64,000 bases of DNA from the human T2T-CHM13v2.0 reference genome, Homo sapiens, in NCBI RefSeq assembly GCF_009914755.1, contig NC_060927.1; one strand, given 5' to 3'. Shown here piece after piece: positions 51,923-64,000 of this stretch. A program made the translations under genes and the position numbers. The notes under the pieces were generated by a model. That model was not told where the DNA came from and made no database searches. It saw only the letters and a program-made list of their open reading frames with translations. Positions within the stretch are counted from its first letter, which is position 1, and the number at the start of each line of letters is the position of its first letter.

Positions 51923-52356
51923 CAGTGAGAAGGTTTATAGCCTTTCTGAGATCTTACCTAGACTGGAAAACATGAGCACAGTTGTCCTTTTGATGGCTGT
52001 ATGTTCCTCTTGCTTAAAATATGTTTACAACAATGGTAGAGTAGCTGTGATTGGAACTCAAGTAGCCAGTGTCCTGTGTGACCTGGAGCCTACCAAATCA
52101 CCTATGAGTGGGTCTATAAAACTGTCTATGACTTCCTCCTTGACTATTATTAACAGTGGAAGAGTTGTAGACTCTTCAAGTTAATCATGTTAAGGCTTGG
52201 GAAACAGGAGAAAGTGAAATCTGTTCTTGTGACTTATTTATAATATTCAACCTGCATCTGTCTAGCATCCTTCCTCTAAGAACCTTAGCGTATTTTCCCT
52301 TAACTTGAATGGTAAATTCCTGAACTCTGCTGTGAGGCAGTGTGAAGAGATAATCA

Positions 52357-52707
<351 letters not shown>

Positions 52708-52929
52708 CTATTACTCAGCACTAGAACTGTCAAGTCAAACAGTGTCACCAAACAGTGGTGAGAGTAAGGAAACACTTACTGTTCACTTTACTAAATTTCT
52801 TCTGGGGAAGACAATTCTAATTAAAATCTTGGGCCCAAAAATCTGTCCTTTTTGCCTAAGAGAAAGTCAACAAACCACCTTTTAGCTTTCTTACTAAGAG
52901 GTGTCTTGGGAAGACTTTGGCATAAATTT

Positions 52930-53090
<161 letters not shown>

Positions 53091-53529
53091 TGAGAACACC
53101 CTGCTATCAAGGGAGGGTGTGTTTAGCCTTACAGAGACTCCCAGGGCTGGCAGGGGTTTATTTTTAATCTTAGAAACTTTAAACAAAGGTTGACTTTTGA
53201 CCATGTATGTTTCTCATCTGTCCATAGCCAGAGTTAGCAGGTAACCACACATTGTCATGGAGAACCAGTTTTGTGAGGTCCTTTCAAAGTGCATGTTCAA
53301 GCAAACAAAACACTTAAAAGCTGAGTTAAAGGCTCTATGCCATGTGACCAGTACCACACCCACCCTTTCAGTATGCCCTCACTCTTCCATGCCAGGTTCC
53401 CACCTGCACAACCACATAACTGCCCTGACAGTTCTTCAAACAGCTCTATTCCCCTCAGCAGTCTTTATTTCTCAACGAAAGCAACTGAATTCACCAAAAG
53501 ACTTAAGTGGTAGGGTTGTAAAATTATTA

Positions 53530-53919
<390 letters not shown>

Positions 53920-54721
53920 TTATCTGAAATTCAAATTTAACTGGGCACTCTGTATTTATCTGGCAACCCTAATAAGAGGACCTGCTGGTACCACTGCCAT
54001 CCCTGCAAAAGCCACTCCTTGGGTCTAGAATGGGAAGAGGGATCACTGTTCCTCAGAAGGGTAGAGTGGGCACAGAAAAAGCAAGAGGTTGTAGTGAAAA
54101 AGACACTGTATATGTAATTAGTCCAGACTGGAGTTTCTGCCCCCAAACTTAAAAACTGCACGAGCATGGGTGCCTAGCTCGGGCCATCTATAAGCAAGGC
54201 AAGCAACATCCTTCACAAGCAACTTTGCTGGCCTCCCACACAGCCTCCTTATGAGCTTCCATCCCTTCTTTCTTCACAGGCAAACCGCTGCGCACCTTCA
54301 ACATGCAGCTGGTGCCACCATGGCAGCAAGGTCTTCGGACTCCTTTCGGCTCCTAGTACTTCAGACGGGCTCTGCCCTATTGGCACATCTGTCTCCACCA
54401 GTAGACTTAGGAGAGTTTCAGAAAGACGAGAGGGGTGAGCAGAGGCAAGAACTGGCTAGGCAGATGGGTTGTGGGAAGGAGAGGGCCTGGAACTGCAGGA
54501 GATTCCAAGGCAAGAGTGAGTATGATGTAAAGTTGGTGGGGTCAGCAGCGGCCAACTCTGGCCTGACACTGCACCAGGGAGAAAAAGCAGGCTGTGGCAT
54601 TAAGAAAACCAAAAGGTAACACCCAATGTCGGTGCTGCTGGGAAGAAATGGACATTCAACTGTAAACCATTCTAAGGGAGAAAACAATTTGGTTCTACTA
54701 TCAAAAAGCTTCAATTTCTCA

Positions 54722-55117
<396 letters not shown>

Positions 55118-55351
55118 TTATAGCAGTGCTTTAAAAAAAAAATCTCAGTAAGAAAAGAGAATTTAAATGACCACAAATAGGAGCCTGATTAAATAACTCT
55201 GGTACTGTTATAGAACTGCAATATGTGGCCATTAAATATGATCCTAAAGAATATTTATCACTGTAGAAAAGCAGTCACGATGTGTTAGATAAAGAATGTG
55301 TTAGATAAAGAAGCAGATTATGAAACAGTGTAGACAATAGGATTCCTCACC

Positions 55352-55759
55352 TGTATTGTTCTATTCTCAAATTGCTACAAAGAAATACTTGAGACTGAGT
55401 AAGTTATAAAGAAAAGAGGTTTAATTGGCTCACGGTTCTGCAAGCTGTACAGGAAGCATAGTGGCTTCTGCTTCTAGGGAGGCCTCAGAAAGCTTCCAAT
55501 CATGGTGGAAGGCAAAGGGGGAGTGAGGCATCTCACATGGCAAGAGCAGGAGCAAGGGTGGGAGAGGTGCTTCACACTTCTTAAATAACCAGATCTCATA
55601 AGACTCACTATCATGAGAACAGCACCAAGAGGATAGTGCTAAGCCATTCATGAGAAATCCACCCCCAAGATCCAACCATCTGCCCCAGGCCCCACCTCCA
55701 ACATTGGGGATTACAATTGAACATGAGACTTGATGGGGACATAGACCCAAACCATATCA
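55352..55759 (-). mobile_element. MaLR solo LTR (MSTA/B-like)
   Basis: tgtatt...gaaaagaggtttaattggctcacggttctgcaagctgtacagg...ccaaaccatatca. Confidence 0.85.
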
Positions 55760-56497
55760 CCATCTCACTTGTTTTGTTTTTGTTTTTGTTTTTAAAGAAA
55801 AACTCCACCGATGTAGAAATAAGTTTGCAAGGATGTATGCAAAATGGTATAGTGGTTATCTTTAGGTGAGGGAGATTATAGGAGATTTTAATTTTATACT
55901 ATTTTCTATATGTTCTACATTTAAAAATAATCATAACTTTAGAAAACATAATATGTAAAAATACACAAAATATAATACATATAATTTAAAATGCTGCTTA
56001 ATCTAACCAGTTTTCCCTCTCAAAAAATTTAAAGAAATGAAAAAAAATCCTCATCACTGAAAAACCAATACAAGGGCCAACTTACACAGCTCTATGAAAA
56101 TGCTATATGATTAAGAGTAGGGAAGGGAAGCTCATTGGGAAAATCTATGGGAAAAAATAGGAATGATTCCTTTTTTTCAAGTTTATGCATGAACCTGACC
56201 TCAGACATCGGCCATTTAGTTTCTGTTAGCTTCTAACTGAGCACATTTATTTAGTGCCTGGGCTGTGTCAGGCACTTTGCATGAATTATTAGTGTGTTTG
56301 GTCCTCAAGGCAACCTTGAGGCTTGGAGAGGTCACCAGCCAGTCACAGTGGGGCTGGAGTTGGGATTTGGACCAGGCCAGATGAGGGGCTGCCCTCAAAA
56401 CTGCCAGAGTTAGAGGGATCCTGGGGGTAAAAGGGACCCAAAGATACTATCTTTGCTGATTCAAAATTTTAAAGCAGTGCATAGGCCGGCGCATTAG

Positions 56498-57143
<646 letters not shown>

Positions 57144-57836
57144 AGGAATATTTTTCATCCATCTGTATATCACCTGTGGGCAAAAACTGAGAACAGGAAA
57201 ACCCTTTTATTCCATAGATGCTACACAGTCTAAAAATCATTACATAAAATCTTTACCAAACTGGAAATGAGGAAAACAACAGTTTTGCAATCTAGGGCAA
57301 AGCTGATGAAATTCTGTAGAGCATTTCAGTATCCTTCATCAGCCTTAAAAGGATACCCCGAATCTTAAAATAAAGATACATTTGATCAGGAAGACTTTCT
57401 TATTTTCCTTTTCAGGATGTCCAGCGTGGAACCACATTCAAATACCCTGTGTATGATCATGTCCTGAAAAACTCGCCAGCAATACACAGTGGCTCCAAAT
57501 GCTGGCACTGGTACACAGTTTAGCAAATGTGTATCTGCTACGTGCCCCTTTCAAGGAGTGAGGACCTTATGGGTTTGAATAAGAACGGCCATGTCTCACA
57601 AATTTTGTCAGAAGCAAAATCTGATGCTTAAGACATTTTACAGTGAAGCCTCACTATATTCATGTATACAGTACTTTTTAATGGGGCTTCAAAAAACAGC
57701 TCTACCACAGAACGGGAGAGTCTATCCCAATCTTGGGCTGGTATTTTATAGGCCAGACCTGCTGTAACTTTTGGTAAGCCTCTGTTCTGGTTATACTAAG
57801 GCTCAACTTTCACTGATAACTATTTACTCTAGTTCC

Positions 57837-57851
57837 AGGTCATGGTGACCT
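57837..57851. promoter_or_regulatory. Perfect estrogen response element in the SIAH2 intron
   Basis: AGGTCA-tgg-TGACCT; palindrome extends to C...G at 57836/57852; unique (non-Alu) sequence. Confidence 0.8.
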
Positions 57852-58892
57852 GTGAAAAATCTTTGGCCAGTTATGTGTGGAATTACCATTAAGCTTAAGT
57901 ACTGCCATATAGTATTCTAATGCTTCTGCTTTATACAAAAAGTAAACTACAACGAAAGGTGTATTATCAATTTTGTTCTTTAAAATCTTGAGCCCCGGAG
58001 TTAATGTATGTGGACTCTGGTCCTTGCCAGTTCACTCTGTGCTTTTATGGGCCAACCTTGCCCATGTCAGGCAGTAGTGAGGACTTCAGGGACAACTTCC
58101 AAAGTAAATAGTTTTGTGTTAGGAGAATTCTGGGGGTTAGGAAGAAATTTTTGAAAGTATTTTTGGCTAATCGGCTTGTGCTTCCTGCTTCCAGGTGATC
58201 CCCCATTGCAACCTTCCAACCACCCCAATACCCCCCATATTCCATTCCATATGGTGAAGCAAAAGCCCTCAACAGCACTTCTAATCTGATTTCCAAGCAC
58301 CCACTAACTAGGCGTCATCTCCGTTCTTTCTAATGGATGAACAAACAGGGTCAGGGAAGTATGTGACTGGACCAAAGTCACACAAAGCCAGGACGAGAAC
58401 CCAGGTCTTCTGTTTCCTGGCTCACGTTCTTTTCACTGGGACCGCTTACTATATTTTAAAATTTTAGGGTAAGAAAGAACCTTGGGATAATCATTTAGTC
58501 CAATCCCTTCTCTTAAAGACCCTCAGGTGCAAAAAAGAAACTGACCTGTATAGAGTCAAACATCTAGTCACAAGGCCATCATCTGAGGGTTCCTGATGGC
58601 CAGAAAATAATATTCTCTTGGCAAAATGAAGATGAAAAGAAAACAAGCTACAAAATCACCAACAGTTAGGGCCTAACAGAGTTCCAAAGTTCATGTATGG
58701 CAAGAGTTAAATGAGAACTTCCAGGCTCAAGGAATGCTTCTACAAGAGAATCAGATCAGAGGCTGCATGCTGGCAGCTGGAATTTGGCCTGGAGACGTGG
58801 TGGTTCGCTTTGTCTGCAAGTGGTGGCTATACATGTGAAGTCAGCCAATGCTAGAAAAAAAATCGAGATATTTAACATAAAAAAAAAATCCA

Positions 58893-59026
58893 GGCTGGGC
58901 ACGGTGGCTCACACTTGTAATCCCAGCACTTTGGGGGGCCGAGATAGGAGGATTGCTTGAGCTCAGGAGTATCAAGACCAGCCTGGGCAACATAGTGAGA
59001 TGACATCTCTTAAAGGAAAAAAAAAA
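58893..59026 (+). mobile_element. Alu monomer (FLAM-like)
   Basis: Left-arm Alu; aaaatcca/aagatcca flanks. Confidence 0.78.
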
Positions 59027-59660
59027 GATCCAGATTTCTGGCTTTTCTTGAAAAAAATCTAAAGGTCTGATATGCCTGTACCCACATCCCCAACCCCACC
59101 AATCAGCCAGAGGTGAGTAAAGGCTGCCTCTTGGGAGGTGGCACCTGTTCTCTGGCTCTCCACCATCTCCACTGCTCCTCCAGGTCTCCCTGACCCTGAG
59201 GCCATGAGTGCATCAAATACTTCTCTCCTCTCCTCTCCTCTCATTACATGGCCCTCCTCCCATTTAGAAAGTTTGTCTCCACTGAACTAGATGAGGCCAA
59301 GGGATTTTAAACTTTCAACTGTTTTGTCTAACCTTACTTGGTTTTATGTTATTTTTTATTTTTTTAAGGAACACAGACATTGTCACAATTCAACCACAGA
59401 GAAGACTTGTCCAGCTGAGGCTTTCAAATTCAATAATTATTTGGAGATATGCTACTAGAAACTTTCAGAGAGGACAAAGAAAAGGTATCATTACAGTGTA
59501 AGAAGGCTGGAGTGGATTAGCATTGCTCACAGTTGTAGAGAGAAATACTTGGCTGATATCAAAATACATCGTTGGATGGTAAAGTAGACTATGTTGTTGA
59601 TATGAATGTGTCAACCTTCACTTCTCCCCCTAAACCCACACACTGAAGGGGTGAGTTTAA

Positions 59661-60439
<779 letters not shown>

Positions 60440-63099
60440 TAATTACCCTAAACCTAAGTGGGATAGTTATTTGGCAATACATCCATTTTTTTGCCAACTG
60501 AAGCAGTCCAGAGCTGTGATGATACCCCACAAAATACTAGGTTTGTAGGTTTCCCCCACCCTCCCATCTTCCTACCCTACATGCCCTACAAAATTCCTGC
60601 CAATGAATTTCATAGTGAGTATGTATGTTGTCATTTTGGGATGGTCCCATAAGAGGCCCATCTGGTGAACTCATCCAACCAGACGGTTTTGTTACTGGTG
60701 TCAACCTTGAGTTATGATTCAGAATCTTGAGTATACACTCAGATTCGAAATCCCTACGTAGTAAGGTGTAGGACAAAACATCTGTGCCTTTGAGATGCAG
60801 GTGCTTGGACTGGTCCTCTTACTAGCTGTGTGATTTGACAAGTCACTTCACATTTAACCACTCTGTAGGCATGAGTTTCCTCATCTGAAAAAAAAAAAAG
60901 GCAAACTAGTAAAAGCTGACCCCTGCAAAGTAACTGGCAGATAGAGGGCATCCAATAACATTCCAGATAGCCTCCCTTCTTTTCATAGAATGCTAGAAGC
61001 TACAGGTCCTTAGAAGTCAAGCAGATTCATCTCTCATTTGTATAGATGAGGAAATCAAGGCCCTGGGAGGTGGTCTTTCAGGCAAACAGTGGCAGCTCTT
61101 GAGATGTGGGCTCTGGTACTTTATTCAACGTTGGTTTTTTTCACATGAGCCAGCCCATGAGAGATTCTGAGAGCAGGTGGGGACAGTAAAAAGGCAGTCC
61201 CATAATTTCTAGGAGCCTCAAACTGTAGGCCAAAGGGCTAGGTAAACAGATCTGCCTTGTTTTAAGTTTGATACAGGCCTTACGGCTCTCTGTTGTTTCT
61301 CATCCTCTACAACTAACACATCTTGGTTGGTCGCTGGGCCTATGTATACATTCAAGTTTGGTTTATCCAGACTAACTGGCTGAGCTGCCCTGCCAATAGT
61401 TTGGATTATTGATCAACCAAAGGTGAGGGACACACACCCCAGCTTTATACAACTCACACACATGCACACACAAAAGCATCCCCAAGATCACATCCTAAGC
61501 TTGGTTCTTGGTCTGCAGGGGAATAATTGGCCCTTTTAAATTTCAGCTTGCAAAGTAATAGCTTTACCCCACTGCATTCTTATAGAATAGAGACTCAGAA
61601 AACCACTGACATGTACAGAAAGGCTGAGAACCCCTGATTCCCAGAACTACTCTTCAAGGTTGATTTCAGTAGCCTGTTTCACGTTAGGAAAGAACGTATG
61701 CTTTCATAGGAACCAGAGTTCTAGATCCTGAAAGTGAAACTTCATGCTCCATATAGCATAACTGTTTCCTTCCCTTTCTCTTGGGAACAACACAATTCTA
61801 TTATGGTTACATTTTAAAAACAAATTATGGATTACTGACTAATATCAAATGCTCATTTGTGAACTAAAACTCACCTAAAAGCCATTTCTTTTGTTAGCCG
61901 CTGCGCGTTTAAGGGAAAGTAAAGGGGTGAGAAAATGGCTCCCCAGAAATCCTATGGGGCATCCCCCACCCCTGCAATATATCTCAAGCATCAAATAGCC
62001 ACTCTATGTTAACTACCACCAAACCTTTTCCAACCACTAGGTTGTCACCTTTTTCACAACCCTAAGACAACTATGCAAATACTTTATCTAAATTTTGAGA
62101 AACTGGGCTGAGTGAATTAGTAAGCACTATATGAGGAGGGGTTAACAGCAATTTATTAAGGTTGCCTGAAACACCCTAGTCCAAACACCGATTCAAACTC
62201 TTATTTAAATATGCTATTTTAAACCTGATTTGCAGCAGGGCAGCAGACCAAATTAAAGCACTCATTTTACTGACCTGAGTCCCAAGCCTGAATTCTCTGG
62301 TGGATTATTTTTAATTTAAAAATGAGCTCTTGTCCTATAAAATAAGCAGCACCAAGGAGAAATGCAAGACAGCTTAAATGGCCCAAGAGGCAGCGCAAGT
62401 TACTTTTACAAAAAAACTGGAAAGTATTAGTGACATTATCTCCACTTCTAATTTCAGAAAATGACTTTACAGTATACTTCTAGGTTATAACGTAGACAAG
62501 TATGTCTGTGAAACTGCTCCTGAAGGTTTCCACGTAATAGCTGCAGGTAAACAAATGTTATAATATGACCACACAATGCAATACTATGCAGCCATTTAAA
62601 ATACAATGAAGTCGACTAGGTTTCAGGCATAGAGAAATATGTGTGATAATATGAATTTAAGAACAGCAAGTTGCAGATGCCATTTTTGGAGAAAAACTTA
62701 CATCTATGTGTGGGTATTAAAAAACCTCCCTGACATACACTGACATCTATGATTCTATATTTAGCTGCGAGGGTGTATGTATATATAGTTTAAAAAGATA
62801 CACACTAAACCTAACAATGGTGGGAAAGGAGGGGAGAGATCTTGGTCTTTCATTTTACTTCTTGTCTTGGTGGCTTGCATTTTTCGCAAGGGCATTGAAA
62901 ACTTTTTACATTAAATAAAAAATGAAGTGATGAGCTTTAAACAACTGTAACAACAGCTCTTGAGTGCCCTTGTTAATTTCTTGATTGACTGTTTTCACCC
63001 CACTTAGTACAACAACGCAGCCACAACTCCTCAGTCCTTCCCAGTCTTTGGAAGGCTAGGAGAGAAAAAGGCGTGGCTTGCAGGGTTTTCTTCTAGCTA

Positions 63100-64000
63100 G
63101 AGGAAAACAGGCTGTAGGCGCCCTTTTTTTAGCTACAATCCCGAGAGCTCCCACGTGTCAGGGGTGCGCAGACGGTAGGCGCGGGGTGCAGGACTCCAAT
63201 TATCAATTCAGCCGAGCCCAGCGCTGGTAAAGGGGGCGTTTAGCTCGCCCGTTTCCTCCCTCCTCAATCCCCACACAGTCAGTTTCTCGGTCCAAGTTTT
63301 ACTGGTGCGGCCCAGCCCTACCGAGAGTACCCGAATACACGTCTGCAGAGGACGCGGGCATTGGGCCGGGTGAGCTACGATGTTCTAACGATCAGCAAAT
63401 GCCAATTAATCTGTTAATTGTCTATTAACAATTATTACTCGGTAAATGTCAACCCAGACCTACACCCAAAGTGGGCTTGAGGGAGGGTGGACGAAGTGTA
63501 AACATTTTTTCTTTTTTTTTTTTAAATGAGAGATGCCGCCCGCCTCTCCGGGCCTGCGAGTGGGCTGGCGGATACCGGAGTCCCTGAGGTCACCGGCGGA
63601 GGTACGTGGGCTGTCCCTGGGCTTACCTTACAGGGAAACAGGACTGCCGAGGCCACCTTCTCCATAGCCAGGTTCCTGATGCTGGGCGTCAGGGCGCCCC
63701 TGCACGTCGGGCAGCAGCTCAACTTCTGGCGGCATTGGTTACACACCAGGTGCCCGGCCTGGCACTGCAGAATAGGAGGCAGGACATAGTCAAAGCAGAC
63801 CGGACACTCGAAGAGCGAGGTCAGCTCGTGGTGCTGCGGGGACACCGGGCCGGCCCCGCCGCCGCCGCCGGGGCCCGAGATCACCGCCGCCGCGGCGGGC
63901 ACCGCGGACGAGCCGGGGCCCGCAGCCGAGATGGTGGCGGCGGCCGGGGGCGCAGCCGGGGACGGAGTGTGCTGGGGCTGCGGCGGCGGCTGCTTGCTGC
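63100..64000. promoter_or_regulatory. CpG island over SIAH2 exon 1 and the start of intron 1
   Basis: Very high GC and CpG density. Confidence 0.85.
63627..64000 (-). CDS. SIAH2: SIAH2 coding exon 1 (partial; start codon beyond right edge), RING domain
   Basis: [18 protein letters not shown]...[37 protein letters not shown]...FPCK; donor AAG|gtaagc; phase 0 joins exon 2. Confidence 0.97.

Noticed and set aside
63900-63902. Start of the 126-aa ORF in the track
   Set aside because: Internal GTG (Val) codon; the SIAH2 frame is open to the window edge and the true ATG lies outside.

Overview
Mammalian (human-like, primate Alu-rich) genomic DNA that I recognise as the ERICH6-SIAH2 interval (human 3q25.1, from protein sequence recall). 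Both genes are on the minus strand. ERICH6 coding exons 1-3 lie at 4743-5145, 3357-3414 and 25-116, splice in frame at GT-AG sites, and the gene continues past the left edge. SIAH2 has coding exon 2 at 43350-43907, a 19,719-bp intron, and exon 1 from 63627 past the right edge. Between them are a rearranged L1PA element (13082-18287), a processed U1-C (SNRPC) pseudogene split by a THE1 LTR, about 40 Alus, MaLR LTRs and hAT DNA transposons. I find no evidence for a new gene family, CRISPR array or RNA gene, and nearly all other listed ORFs are repeat-derived. Three signals stand out. (1) The L1 carries several templated rearrangement scars: a 183-bp copy of its downstream flank inside ORF2, an in-frame ORF2 deletion, and a fold-back 3' end in place of a poly(A) tail; it sits in one MER5A that took four insertions. 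(2) A perfect estrogen response element with adjacent GATA and forkhead motifs lies in the SIAH2 intron. (3) ERICH6 exon 1 has a coding 21-nt tandem repeat. Repeat boundaries and subfamily names were read by eye and are approximate.
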